A stretch of 62,977 nt of DNA from a virus (taxonomy: Duplodnaviria; Caudoviricetes), in IMG/VR virus record IMGVR_UViG_3300022821_000003, positions 1-62,977 of that record; one strand, written 5' to 3'. Made by a program: the position numbers and the translations under genes. The notes under the pieces were generated by a model. That model was not told where the DNA came from. It ran no database searches and worked only from the letters and a program-made list of their open reading frames with translations. Numbering within the stretch: the stretch's first letter is position 1; each line of letters begins with the position of its first letter. Shown here piece by piece: positions 11,420 to 21,860 of this stretch.

Positions 11420-12793
11420 ATGGCAACAAATTTTTATAGAACAAAAGACCCACGAACTGGGCAAGATGTCATGAAGGAAGTAGGAACAGATAGATATATT
11501 GGTCCTACAGAGTTTGGTCAAGGGGCTGGCTTCTCAGAAGCTAGACCAACAAACGCAAGACCAACAACACCTACTACAAACACAACATCTAAACTGGGAG
11601 CTTATAAGTCTAATCAGAAGTTTTTAGATTTAGTAAAACAAGCTATCCAGAAGAAACAAGGAATGAATAAAGACATTCAAAGCTCAAGAGATTATTGGAG
11701 AACTCAACAAAGAGACCCAATGACATTCACAAATGAAAGTCTTCAACTAGCAACACCAGCACAGCAACAATCTTTAAGAGAGAAGAGATATGCAACAGCT
11801 GGAGCACATTTGCAAGGATTAACAGAAGAGGAAAAATATCGTGGAGGAAGACTTGACGATGTCTTAGCAGAGCTAGAAACGACAAGAAAAGGTGAAGCAG
11901 ATGCTGTCAATAATGACGAAATAAGTGAAGGCAGAAGATTAGACCAATTACTCAAAAAGAAAAGTCTTGGAAGTAATCCAACAATTTCAGATATAGAGGG
12001 TTCATATATAAGTGATGACGGTAATAGGGTTGGTAACAAAACTGGAGGAACATTATCATGGAGAAACAACAACTCTGGAAATCTAAAATACTCAGATTGG
12101 CAAAAGGAGTATGGGGCTATTAAAGATCCAAATTCAGCATTCGCAGTATTTCCTGATGAAAAATCTGCTAGAAGTGCATACAAAGCATTATTAACATCTC
12201 CAACTGGTATTTACTCTGGATTAACTTCAGATGAGGCAATGTTGAAATGGTCTAGCGATTATAGCGGAGACCCTAGGGCATATGACTATCAAAAGCTTGT
12301 AACATTAGGTGCTCCAGCAGTATCTAAAGATTTAAGCAAGTTTACAGATGATGAATGGAACAAACTATTTGAAGCACAGAGAAAAGCTGAAGGATGGACA
12401 GTAGGAACAACACTAGATTCAACCACACTTCAACACGATACATGGACAGAAGCCGCAACAAGAGCTCTAGCATTAAAGACTGGAATAAGCTCAACTGAAC
12501 TATGGGGCAAGTATACTGATGAAGAACTAGATGCTAAAGCACTAGAAGCTGGAACAGACTTAATTGCTGAAATGATTGGTGGACTGAAGGCTAATGAAAT
12601 ATTAAGCACAAGTATCAAAGATAAAACTGCATTAGAATACATTCTTAGACTTAAGTATGAACTAGATGCTACAGATGCAGAAATAGAGGAGTTCATGAAA
12701 GAAATGGGAATGCCAACTACTAAAGGTAAGGACTCGAATGGTGACCCTATCAAGGTCTTAGACTTACTAGAAGATATAATTAACCCAATATAA
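11420..12793 (+). CDS. Putative ejection protein with lysozyme-like domain
   Basis: WRNNNSGNLK...FAVFP...AEG resembles the RNNNPGNI virion lysozyme-like family. Confidence 0.55.
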   Translation: MATNFYRTKDPRTGQDVMKEVGTDRYIGPTEFGQGAGFSEARPTNARPTTPTTNTTSKLGAYKSNQKFLDLVKQAIQKKQGMNKDIQSSRDYWRTQQRDPMTFTNESLQLATPAQQQSLREKRYATAGAHLQGLTEEEKYRGGRLDDVLAELETTRKGEADAVNNDEISEGRRLDQLLKKKSLGSNPTISDIEGSYISDDGNRVGNKTGGTLSWRNNNSGNLKYSDWQKEYGAIKDPNSAFAVFPDEKSARSAYKALLTSPTGIYSGLTSDEAMLKWSSDYSGDPRAYDYQKLVTLGAPAVSKDLSKFTDDEWNKLFEAQRKAEGWTVGTTLDSTTLQHDTWTEAATRALALKTGISSTELWGKYTDEELDAKALEAGTDLIAEMIGGLKANEILSTSIKDKTALEYILRLKYELDATDAEIEEFMKEMGMPTTKGKDSNGDPIKVLDLLEDIINPI

Positions 12794-12797
12794 AAAA

Positions 12798-15700
12798 ATG
12801 GCTACTTTTGATAAAGGAAAAGCAGACAAGTTACTAGAACTATACAGACAAAAGAAAGCTGCTGGTCCACAAAAAATACAAGTTAAGAATCCTTATTCTA
12901 GGACAAGTGTTGACTATGAATCATTAGCTAGAGATACAAGTCAGGCTAATGGACAGCAACAAGATATAACTGTTCCACAGAAACAACCTCTATTAGATAG
13001 AGTAGGTTCTTATGTCGCACCACAAGAGAAGGCTAGAACTGTTGATTTCTTACGTGAACTGCCAGGAGCAGCAAAACAGATTGGATTAGATAAACCAGTA
13101 ACAGGATTAGGCTGGAACGTACTTAAAAATACTGTTAGTAAACTAGGAGAATTTATCGATAAAGGTGGAGCACAGGCTATTTCTGCATTATCATCTCCTA
13201 TAGAAGCATATACAGAATTAAATACAGCAGGAGATTTAGAGAAGAATAGATTGAATCCATCATCAGAACTTAGAGATTTTAAAAAGGTATGGAAGACTGC
13301 AGCTGATATTTGGGCAGGACGTGCTAATGAAATAGGACATCCATTAGAAGACTTATTCACTCCAGATGAACCAGGTAAAGGAATGAGAGCATTAGTAGAA
13401 CAACCTGCGCAAGAAGCTGCACAGAGCTTTTATGATGACACAAGTTTAGGGAATAGAGTTAAACAGATTGCTAAATTAACTGGACTAGGAGTAGAATCTA
13501 TATTTGGTAACCCTTTTTACTTATTTAATATAAGCGGATTGTCAAAGGGAAGTTTTAAGATACCTAAAGAACAAAGAGCATTAACACTCCAAGGTTTGTT
13601 AAACCCAGAGAAAGACTCTGCGTTAAGAGTATTAGGTTTAGAAAAAGGAGCAACTAATGTTGAGATTAAACTAGCCTACAGGAAACTAGCTCACAAATAT
13701 CATCCAGATAAAGTTGGCGGAGATGAAGCTTTATTTAAAACAATCAATGATGCTTATGCATCTTTAACGAAGAATAAACAATTTGCAATACCACACAAGG
13801 AACCCGTCAAACCAACAGGAACGCCAGTAAGAACAACTCCAGGAGGATTACAAGGAGGAGCAAGTAGACAGATATTACAAGAAGGAGTCAGTCAGAAACC
13901 AGTTATCCCATCACAAAACACTCCACTCGCTGCATTCCAAATGGTAAATTCAGCACAGCAGGAAGCAATGAATACGATCGTACAAAAGCTAGAGAAAGCA
14001 AAGGCTAAAAAAACAAAGCTAATTGCTGAAGGCAGAGATGTAGTTGCTACAAAGAAATCACTAGCAACAATAAACAAAACAATAGAAAAGATTAAAGCTA
14101 AGCTAAACACAGCACAGGACAATCAAGATATTACAACAGGTCCAGTATCTGCACCAAAGATAGTATCTCCAACGATAGAACTTCCAGCACCAGAAACAGT
14201 TATACCTCTTAGACAACCTAATACAGATATTGTTGTTTGGAATGATAGAGCTAAAACAGAGATAGCAAAACCAACAACAAGAATATTAACAGTAAAGCCT
14301 GGAACAATAATAAAGACACCAGTTAGAAATACAGCACAAATAGACAATAAAACAACAAAAATACCAGTTAGAAAGACAGCTCCGATAGTAATTAGAGAGC
14401 CTAAATCATATAGTCAGATAGCCAAAGAATCTTCAGCAAGAGATGTTAGTAAAAAGAGCTCAGCAATACAAAGATTGATTGCAGGAAGGAAGGGAACTAA
14501 AACAGTTGCTAGAACAGAGCCAAAAACAGCTACAATATCAATACCTAAAGAGAGTAAACGGTTTGTGACTGATGTGGATTTGTTTAAGAAACTGACAAAG
14601 ATGAAGAAAGATGGCAAGACTGAAAACGACTTCATGATGCTTGAAGCAAAAGCAGCAGAGGACTTTGCAGCTGGAAAAACAACCACAGATAAGTCAATAG
14701 CTATAAACGACTTCATAGAAGACAACTTCAGAAAATCTGGAGGAAGACTATACTCAAAGACATCTAAAACAATAGACACAGCCGCTAAAAGAGGTGTAAA
14801 AAAAGTAGAGCCTAAGAAACTGACTTGGTTAGAAAAACTTAGAAATCGAAGTGGAGCTAAAACAGAAGTAGAGTTTAAGTTAGTTACAGAAGGACAAAGA
14901 CTTATAAGAAAATACGGTAAACTTGTATCTGAATCTGGAACACCTAGAAGAGCAGCAGGAGTCCATTATAAAAATACTGGTAATATACTTGTTAGATCAC
15001 TAACAGATATACCAACAGTTTCGCATGAACTTACACATAGACTTGACAGCCACCTAGGAATAACAGATAAAATGAGAAGGTTAGGAGATGACTCTATATT
15101 AAATGATTTAGAAGAAATATATTTAGCATATTATCCAGGAGCCAATAAAAAAGCATCTAATTCTCTAAAGACAAGAGAAGGACTCGCAACTCTGATAGAG
15201 AACTATGCTTTAAATCCTGAAATAGTTACAGAAGAATTTCCACTATTAGTAGGAGCTATATTAAAATCTACTGGTAAATATTATGATAAGAAAGTAGCAG
15301 AACTTGTTGCAGATGTAGATAGCATTATAGGAAGATACCAAGCACTAGCTGATATTGACAAAGTAGGAGCAATGTCTGCAGCAGATAAACAAATAATACC
15401 TGCAAATAAAACTTTCACAAAAGCGGATGATGCAACAACATTCTTCGCTGATTATATTCACCCATTTGAGAAACTAGCAAGAGTCTTTGGTAAGGATATG
15501 ACAAATGAAGATCCATCAGTATGGTTTAGGCATAGAAGAAATGCAAGTAATGTTGCTATGTATAACATATCACAGAATAAGGACTGGTATTTGCTTAACA
15601 AAGATGGAGAGATGGTTAAGAAGTTCGATTATAATATGAAAAGCATTGGCAAGGACTTGATTGACAAAGGTTTGTATACTATATATGGAAACTACTTAAA

Positions 15701-18026
15701 AGCTAGAAGAAAATTCTATGAAAATAAAGAGCTAGAAGAACTACAAGCTAGTCTGACTCCAACTGAAGAAGATATTGATAGAATAGAAACATTAAAGAAG
15801 ATACAAGAAACAGAAGAATGGGATATGAATGTTGTTAATAATGTTGTTAATCAGTTCAAAGATGAGTTTAAGGAATACGATCAAAAAGTTGATAGTATAA
15901 ATGAAGAACTATTAAAACTTCTAATAGATGTAAAGATAGTTGATGCAGAAGCAGGAGCAAGGATGCTTAAAACAAAAGGATACATACCCTTCTTCAGAAC
16001 AATGCTAGATGAGATTGAAAAAACACCAGTTATGAAAAGTGGTAAAAGTATGCCATCAACAGTAATACAGAACATAATCAAAAGGAAAGGTTCAAAAAAA
16101 GCTATCGAAGACCCATTCATAAGTTCTATAAAAGCTAGTATGCATGTCTTTGAAAAAGCAATGCTACAGAAAACATTTGAAAATATATATAAAATGAGAA
16201 GTCGTGGTGATGTGATTAAGGAAGTAGAAACACAACCAGTTCCTATGGGAAACAAGATTGTTTATCCAAAGAACAAAGGGAATGTTATATCCTTTAAGCA
16301 TAATGATAAGGTTGTAACTTTAGGATTGTCGCCAGAATTAGCTCAAGTATTTCAAACAGATTTAGAATTAAGAAGCCAAGGGAATATGGCGAGAATGGTT
16401 AAATGGTTTTCTAGACTATTCGTTAAGAGTACTACTGGTGTTTTATATCCAGCATTCATGCTTACGAACATATTGATAGATAGTCCATCTGCATACGCTC
16501 AGTCACAGAATACAGTTAAACCAATTATTGATGGTGTTAGATATATAGCGAAAGCTAAAACAAATAAGAATTCATTTGAAGCACAGACTTGGAAAGAATG
16601 GAGGGTATTCGGTGGATTAGAGTCAGCGCAAATAGCAATGTACGATAAATCTTCTACAGAGCTAATGAGAAAGATAGGAATAAAACAACTAGCTAGAGGA
16701 AAGGTTAAGGAAGCGTTTGTTTCATTAAAAGATATCTTTTCGGTACCTTCTGAGTATAGTGAAGCATTAAATAGATACCCAGAATATCACAGAGCTAGAT
16801 TAGCTGGAAAAAGTCAACCAGTTGCGATGGAAGAATCTGCAAGAATAACAGCATCATTCTCACATACTGGAAGTCTAGGTAATCCATTTATGAGAAGCTT
16901 ATTACAATCTGTCCCTTATGGGAACTCTCCTTTACAGGTTACAGCATCTGCAATTAGAGGAATAAGAGATCCAAAAACTAGAGTTAGAGCAGTAAGGACA
17001 TACATGGTGTTAGCATCTTTGAGTGTAGGTGGATTAATGAAGTTAATATACTCATTTAAAAAAGCTAAAGACTCTGGAGATGAAGATGAGATAGAGAGAA
17101 TACAAACCCTGATAAATAATTACAAGAACTTTAATACATATGAATTAGGCAACAACATAATAACGATAGACTCATTTACGAAGGAAGGGATTCTTAAAAT
17201 GAGGACACCAGCAAACTATAACATCATAGGAACTCTTATTAATATGTCGTTAGCAGAACAATATCTAGGAAAAGAATTCGACTATAAAGATTATATAGAT
17301 GCAATAAAAGACCCATTTATTTCTGCTCAATTTGATATAACTGAACCACTTAAACTAGCAACAAGTTGGCTTGCACCTCCGATGAAGGCAATCATCGAGT
17401 CTGGGCTAGGGAAGAAAACATTCCCAGAAGTCAAAGACTTAGAACCATTCTATATGGCTACATGGAATAGCGAAGATAGATACTTCCCATATACAAATGA
17501 TATTGCAATAATGTTGGGTCAGACTGAAGTTATGAAGGCTAAAGGAATATCACCATTACAGATAGAACACTTCTTGAAGACTGTACATGGACGTGGTATT
17601 GAGAATTTATATAAGAATATCAATGATGGTTTACCAGATGTATTAAAGAATCAGTTTGATGAGATACGACGAGTATTCAAAAGTAAAGCATATGATTTTC
17701 ATGGAGTTGGTTATGAACAGTTTTACGAAGATAGAAACAGAATGAATAATGATTATTCTAAAGCTCGTAAAGCTAAGGATAGGAATAAGGTAAGAGAACT
17801 AGCAGATACTAATAAGATATATAATAAGGTTAGTGAAATGATGACAAGTTTAAGGAAGATAAATGCAGAGAGTGATAATACAATTCCGAATGAATACTCT
17901 AACGATATATATGGGATAATAGAAGCACTGAATAAGAAGGATTATGTAGAGGCAGAAAAGCTATACAGATCAAATGCTAGAGGTATAAATTATTATATCG
18001 AACAAGAAAAAAGAAGACTTAGATAA
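12798..18026 (+). CDS. Large polyvalent / DNA ejection protein (1742 aa) with J-domain, HExxH zincin-like region and LPD38-like C-terminus
   Basis: J-domain VLGLEKGA...AYRKLAHKYHPDK...FKTINDAYASL; HELTH motif; last gene of the structural arm. Confidence 0.65.
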   Translation: MATFDKGKADKLLELYRQKKAAGPQKIQVKNPYSRTSVDYESLARDTSQANGQQQDITVPQKQPLLDRVGSYVAPQEKARTVDFLRELPGAAKQIGLDKPVTGLGWNVLKNTVSKLGEFIDKGGAQAISALSSPIEAYTELNTAGDLEKNRLNPSSELRDFKKVWKTAADIWAGRANEIGHPLEDLFTPDEPGKGMRALVEQPAQEAAQSFYDDTSLGNRVKQIAKLTGLGVESIFGNPFYLFNISGLSKGSFKIPKEQRALTLQGLLNPEKDSALRVLGLEKGATNVEIKLAYRKLAHKYHPDKVGGDEALFKTINDAYASLTKNKQFAIPHKEPVKPTGTPVRTTPGGLQGGASRQILQEGVSQKPVIPSQNTPLAAFQMVNSAQQEAMNTIVQKLEKAKAKKTKLIAEGRDVVATKKSLATINKTIEKIKAKLNTAQDNQDITTGPVSAPKIVSPTIELPAPETVIPLRQPNTDIVVWNDRAKTEIAKPTTRILTVKPGTIIKTPVRNTAQIDNKTTKIPVRKTAPIVIREPKSYSQIAKESSARDVSKKSSAIQRLIAGRKGTKTVARTEPKTATISIPKESKRFVTDVDLFKKLTKMKKDGKTENDFMMLEAKAAEDFAAGKTTTDKSIAINDFIEDNFRKSGGRLYSKTSKTIDTAAKRGVKKVEPKKLTWLEKLRNRSGAKTEVEFKLVTEGQRLIRKYGKLVSESGTPRRAAGVHYKNTGNILVRSLTDIPTVSHELTHRLDSHLGITDKMRRLGDDSILNDLEEIYLAYYPGANKKASNSLKTREGLATLIENYALNPEIVTEEFPLLVGAILKSTGKYYDKKVAELVADVDSIIGRYQALADIDKVGAMSAADKQIIPANKTFTKADDATTFFADYIHPFEKLARVFGKDMTNEDPSVWFRHRRNASNVAMYNISQNKDWYLLNKDGEMVKKFDYNMKSIGKDLIDKGLYTIYGNYLKARRKFYENKELEELQASLTPTEEDIDRIETLKKIQETEEWDMNVVNNVVNQFKDEFKEYDQKVDSINEELLKLLIDVKIVDAEAGARMLKTKGYIPFFRTMLDEIEKTPVMKSGKSMPSTVIQNIIKRKGSKKAIEDPFISSIKASMHVFEKAMLQKTFENIYKMRSRGDVIKEVETQPVPMGNKIVYPKNKGNVISFKHNDKVVTLGLSPELAQVFQTDLELRSQGNMARMVKWFSRLFVKSTTGVLYPAFMLTNILIDSPSAYAQSQNTVKPIIDGVRYIAKAKTNKNSFEAQTWKEWRVFGGLESAQIAMYDKSSTELMRKIGIKQLARGKVKEAFVSLKDIFSVPSEYSEALNRYPEYHRARLAGKSQPVAMEESARITASFSHTGSLGNPFMRSLLQSVPYGNSPLQVTASAIRGIRDPKTRVRAVRTYMVLASLSVGGLMKLIYSFKKAKDSGDEDEIERIQTLINNYKNFNTYELGNNIITIDSFTKEGILKMRTPANYNIIGTLINMSLAEQYLGKEFDYKDYIDAIKDPFISAQFDITEPLKLATSWLAPPMKAIIESGLGKKTFPEVKDLEPFYMATWNSEDRYFPYTNDIAIMLGQTEVMKAKGISPLQIEHFLKTVHGRGIENLYKNINDGLPDVLKNQFDEIRRVFKSKAYDFHGVGYEQFYEDRNRMNNDYSKARKAKDRNKVRELADTNKIYNKVSEMMTSLRKINAESDNTIPNEYSNDIYGIIEALNKKDYVEAEKLYRSNARGINYYIEQEKRRLR

Positions 18027-18064
18027 AAAAAAGGGAACTACAATTTAATGTAGTTCCCTTTTTT
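18025..18064. terminator. Bidirectional rho-independent terminator
   Basis: AAAAAAAAGGGAACTACA-loop-TGTAGTTCCCTTTTTT at the convergence of the two arms. Confidence 0.85.
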
Positions 18065-18257
18065 AGTCCTTATAGAGTTCATCTACTAAATAGATGAACC
18101 TTTTTTCTTTTGCCTCTCTAAATTTAACACTCTTTAGTTCAAGCTCTCGCATCAATTTAATTGCTGTTATCCATTTCTTATCAAACATCTTTGGCTTAAG
18201 CTTAGAAAGCATTATCTTAGATATTTTAATTTTCTCCATATATCTAGACTCCTATAT

Positions 18258-18776
18258 TCATAACATTATTTCGTCCATTATTATTTGCTTAGGTAAAAAA
18301 TTATAGCAGTAATAACTGCTACTGAATGTTATCTTCTTCTGTCCATCGAAATCTATCCTTTTATCAAACATAAGTAACTGTAAGTCCTTATCCTTAAAAA
18401 GCTTTTTAGGTGCTGAATCATTTAACCATGTATTAGTCATCAGGAGAGCAAAAGGTTTGTTAAAAGATAAAGCTCTTTCAAATATTTGTCTTTTTCTGGT
18501 AAAAGGAGGATTACTAATTATTATATCCCATGATTCTGGTTCATATATATAATAATCCTTTCCACTATCTATGTGAGAAAAAACGACCTTATGTCCAGCA
18601 TCTACAAGAACTTTAACAAACTCACTATCCTCTTTATCAAACGGACACCAAATAACACTATCAGAATTTATGTATTTTAATAACGGTCTAACAGCATATG
18701 CTGGTGTATAGTTCTCATCGTTATTCCCTTTAGAATATAATATTTCTTTACTATTCATATTTTTAATTTTCTCCAT
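18258..18776 (-). CDS. Putative N6-adenine DNA methyltransferase
   Basis: DENYTP, IWCPFD and IISNPPF motifs. Confidence 0.7.
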   Translation of the reverse strand: MEKIKNMNSKEILYSKGNNDENYTPAYAVRPLLKYINSDSVIWCPFDKEDSEFVKVLVDAGHKVVFSHIDSGKDYYIYEPESWDIIISNPPFTRKRQIFERALSFNKPFALLMTNTWLNDSAPKKLFKDKDLQLLMFDKRIDFDGQKKITFSSSYYCYNFLPKQIIMDEIML

Positions 18777-19062
18777 CTAACATACCCCTCCTTCTTATCC
18801 ATGCCCTAAAGCTTTCTCCCCACTCTTCAGATTTGGTCTTCCCTCTATTCTTTTCAAACTCGAAGCATTGTTCATTGTAGCTTTTAACAGATTGCTTCTC
18901 ATTAGGGCATGCATATCCCATATCTTCATAATTGACATTATTACACCATCCAGCCATTAATCCATCGTTGAAAACAACAGATGGCTCTGTGAATGTATAA
19001 ATTTGGTCTATCAATCTAGTAGATCCTGAAGTTGTCGTCCTATAGCCCATTGTATATGCCAT
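18763..19062 (-). CDS. Hypothetical protein with YNxxC tag (YNEQCFEFEK)
   Basis: ORF with the shared motif. Confidence 0.65.
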   Translation of the reverse strand: MAYTMGYRTTTSGSTRLIDQIYTFTEPSVVFNDGLMAGWCNNVNYEDMGYACPNEKQSVKSYNEQCFEFEKNRGKTKSEEWGESFRAWIRRRGMLDGEN

Positions 19063-19227
19063 ACTATTTTATTGAATACTTAGAGGTTATTATGAATCTA
19101 TCCTTAAGTAATTTATTAAATTCCTTCTTAGTTATCTTCCCTTTTTCTTCTGTTAGGATAGAAACATTCTCATAATCTTCTAACCAGTCCAATATAGTCT
19201 TTTTAATATCCATGCTTTTTTTATTTG

Positions 19228-19274
19228 GCTAATATTAGCGAAAGTGTTTATAAAGATATTTAGCTAATGTTAGC
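19228..19274. promoter_or_regulatory. Two copies of the palindromic GCTAAT(A/G)TTAGC candidate operator
   Basis: Copies at 19228-19239 and 19263-19274; others at 28073, 42937 and 42996. Confidence 0.45.
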
Positions 19275-19392
19275 CATTTCTTACTTAATTTGTCTGTTTT
19301 GAGACCTCTCAAGGGTACTTATGTACCACTTTTACGATTTTGTTCGCTACGGGGCTTATATCGCCTTATTATGAGCTCTGAATTGTTGTTAG

Positions 19393-19464
19393 CACGAAGT
19401 TATGGAATCGAACCACAATGTTCGGTTTTGGAGACCGACATAATAACCGTTATATGAACTTCGC
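19393..19464 (-). tRNA. tRNA-Trp (CCA)
   Basis: Cloverleaf: acceptor GCGAAGT/ACTTCGT, anticodon arm TCGGT-CTCCAAA-ACCGA, T arm TGTGG-TTCGATT-CCATA. Confidence 0.85.
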
Positions 19465-19472
19465 TCACTTGC

Positions 19473-19619
19473 TTAAGTGACATTAAACAATTTTCTATTC
19501 TTCCATTCTTCTTGTTTAGCGTCATTCCAGTTAGATACTGGTCGCATGAATCCTGTCACACGACTATACACTTCGCATTTTTGTCTACCCTCATTTGTTT
19601 CTGTTGTCTTTGCAGCCAT
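19473..19619 (-). CDS. Stand-alone NrdD C-terminal glycyl-radical-motif peptide (48 aa)
   Basis: Manual translation ...CEVYSRVTGFMRPVSNWNDAKQEEWKNRK matches the class III RNR C-terminal motif. Confidence 0.75.
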   Translation of the reverse strand: MAAKTTETNEGRQKCEVYSRVTGFMRPVSNWNDAKQEEWKNRKLFNVT

Positions 19620-19661
19620 ATGTTTTTTTTGTTTTAGTTTTTAAAGATACATCTTTGTGTC

Positions 19662-20066
19662 TTAAGTGGAAATTGTAATCTCCACTCTTGGATCCGTCTT
19701 ATCAATTTCTCCACTACAATAGTATGTAGAAAGAATGTGTGTGTCGTCATCATCTTTAATGCAGCCACACTCTGTGAGTGCATCGCAAAAAAACTTCTCA
19801 TGTATAGATAGAACGTTAGCTCTATCTGATAGCCTCTTAGAACCTTTGAATAGTTTAAACTCTAGCCTAAGAGGCATATCAAACTTAAGACCTCTGAGTT
19901 GGTCTTTAATATCCTCCTTGTACTTCTTCTTGACTTCGTTACTTATAAAATAATTCCAATTTCTATAGTTATTCAAATTCAAAATCACTTTACGATCAGC
20001 CTTTGTCTTACGTGGTAGCATTACATAAAGTGGTGCTATTATCATTTTTCTAAACATTGTACGCAA
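19662..20066 (-). CDS. RusA-like Holliday junction resolvase
   Basis: DRANV...FFCDALTECGCIKDDD...PRVEITI pattern. Confidence 0.7.
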   Translation of the reverse strand: MRTMFRKMIIAPLYVMLPRKTKADRKVILNLNNYRNWNYFISNEVKKKYKEDIKDQLRGLKFDMPLRLEFKLFKGSKRLSDRANVLSIHEKFFCDALTECGCIKDDDDTHILSTYYCSGEIDKTDPRVEITIST

Positions 20067-20069
20067 TCT

Positions 20070-20297
20070 TTACTTATTCAAACATGCACTCTTTAAGAAG
20101 CTATGATTTCTAATTCTAGTAAACATAGCTAATCTTTCTGGGTCTTGCTCTGTTACACTACACCAGAGGAAGAAAGCAGGATTATTCTTAATATAGTCTA
20201 ATCTTTCGTCTATAACTTCCCTGTCTGTAGTTTTAACTAAACAGTCTTTGAATGCCTTTCCCAAAATGTTTATGCATCCCTTTGTTTTATATTTCAT
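20070..20297 (-). CDS. Hypothetical protein
   Basis: ORF tightly packed in the operon. Confidence 0.5.
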   Translation of the reverse strand: MKYKTKGCINILGKAFKDCLVKTTDREVIDERLDYIKNNPAFFLWCSVTEQDPERLAMFTRIRNHSFLKSACLNK

Positions 20298-20575
20298 TAT
20301 TTCTTAGTGCTTCCTTTTGCCTTACTTAGTTTTCCCCCGTTTCGCCTGTCGTGCTCTTTATTGTGTTTCCCAATTGCACTAATCCCTTTGCCAGGTTTTA
20401 GTTTGACAAAGTTACTCTTTTTGTTATCGCCCTTTTTTCCGTTCTTGTGATGTATAAGCTCCCCAGGTTTTGCTTTAGTTATCTTCCTTCTATAGTCAGA
20501 TGATTTCCCACCCTTCCAACGTCCGTTCTTTTTCCCTGGTCTAGCCATATTAGGATTCTTTCCTACTGGTGGCAT
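20297..20575 (-). CDS. Basic HNH-like protein (possibly degenerate)
   Basis: NGRWKGG and IHHKNGKKGDNKKSN...H motifs. Confidence 0.5.
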   Translation of the reverse strand: MPPVGKNPNMARPGKKNGRWKGGKSSDYRRKITKAKPGELIHHKNGKKGDNKKSNFVKLKPGKGISAIGKHNKEHDRRNGGKLSKAKGSTKK

Positions 20576-20592
20576 ATTTTTTTAGTCGAGTA

Positions 20593-21291
20593 TCAATCTC
20601 TTTTAGATTCGACCTCTGCACTGTTATTTTTTAAATCAACTTCTTCGACTTTTTCTAATCTTTTAATCCCAGCCTTAAAATATTCTTCATCTAATTCCAT
20701 CCCTATATATTTTCTTCCTAATCTTTTGGCTGCGACCAGAGTGCTTGAACTACCACAGAATGGGTCTAGCACTATATCACCTTCCTCAGTTGTCTCTCTT
20801 ATTAATAATTCTAAAAGCTCTAATGGCTTTTCAGCGATATGAGACATCTTTGTATGGTGCATTCTCTTAACACTAATTAAATTAGCTACGTTATGATTCT
20901 TAGTTTTGAAAGCTCCTTTTGTTAGAACTAATATCAACTCGTATTGTGGTCTGAAGTTCCATCCCATTCCAAAATGCATCTTATTCCAAACAATAGTGTT
21001 TTTATGAATGAAACCAGCGTTTCTAGCCTCTCTCATAAAAACATCTATTGTAGACCATCCACAAAAAACAAGTGAAACATTTTTAGATATCCTATATATT
21101 TGTTTATAAAATGACGGAACCCAATCTAATTCTTTGTCGTTTTTTATCTCAACTCCAGAAAACTTAGACCCTTTTCTACTAGCTTTCATACTAATTCCGT
21201 ATGGAGGGTCACAAAATATTAAATCGATTGATTCGTCTTCGATATCTTTCATTAGTTCTAAACAATCTCCTTTTAAAAGTTGACTAATCAT
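20593..21291 (-). CDS. DNA methyltransferase (N4-C/N6-A, beta class)
   Basis: GDCLELMK, DPPY, EKPLELL and VLDPFCGS motifs. Confidence 0.9.
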   Translation of the reverse strand: MISQLLKGDCLELMKDIEDESIDLIFCDPPYGISMKASRKGSKFSGVEIKNDKELDWVPSFYKQIYRISKNVSLVFCGWSTIDVFMREARNAGFIHKNTIVWNKMHFGMGWNFRPQYELILVLTKGAFKTKNHNVANLISVKRMHHTKMSHIAEKPLELLELLIRETTEEGDIVLDPFCGSSSTLVAAKRLGRKYIGMELDEEYFKAGIKRLEKVEEVDLKNNSAEVESKRD

Positions 21292-21505
21292 TTGATAGTT
21301 TTACCTGTTTTTTAATTTCTTCTTTAATTCTTTTAATCCTTTTCTTGCTTGCGTTGATGCAATAAACTTTATCTTCAGCTAAACTTATCTTAAGTTTCTC
21401 TGCAAGATACTCTGCAACTACTAAAGCTAATTTTGGGTCTGATGTTTCAACAACTGTGTCGAAATCATAGTGCTCAAAATTGAAAGGCTTGTCTGCTCTT
21501 ATCAT
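21284..21505 (-). CDS. Hypothetical protein
   Basis: ORF overlapping its neighbours in operon fashion. Confidence 0.5.
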   Translation of the reverse strand: MIRADKPFNFEHYDFDTVVETSDPKLALVVAEYLAEKLKISLAEDKVYCINASKKRIKRIKEEIKKQVKLSND

Positions 21506-21860
21506 AATACTTTTTATTAGTTTGTAAAAATTCTACGTCTTCTTTAGTTTTAATGTACCATATTGATTCTAGATATTTCTTTGTCTTTAATAAATACTTT
21601 CTTCTCACATCAAATGAATGTATTGACGGTAAATTACGACGTCCTTCTGGCATGTGATTTCTAAAGTTATTTAATGGTGCTACGTTGAATGGGCTGTTTG
21701 ATATTCTCTTCAGAATATGATGAAGAGCATCTGCATCATTTCGTCCGTCTTCCCAATCTAAACAGTAGCCACCAAAGTCAAATAATTCTCTAGTCTTTGT
21801 ACTGAAATTGTTTTTCATATTATCTACTAATGGTGTGGAGTTAAAAACCATTGCCAGCAT
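21474..21860 (-). CDS. Hypothetical HNH-like protein (true start probably at MKNNFS)
   Basis: LHHI...N...N...H pattern. Confidence 0.4.
   Translation of the reverse strand: MLAMVFNSTPLVDNMKNNFSTKTRELFDFGGYCLDWEDGRNDADALHHILKRISNSPFNVAPLNNFRNHMPEGRRNLPSIHSFDVRRKYLLKTKKYLESIWYIKTKEDVEFLQTNKKYYDKSRQAFQF

Noticed and set aside
2834-16255. Numerous - strand ORFs opposite structural genes (for example 2834..3421, 6205..6657, 11743..12183)
   Set aside because: Antisense shadows of A-rich coding genes, with no motifs.
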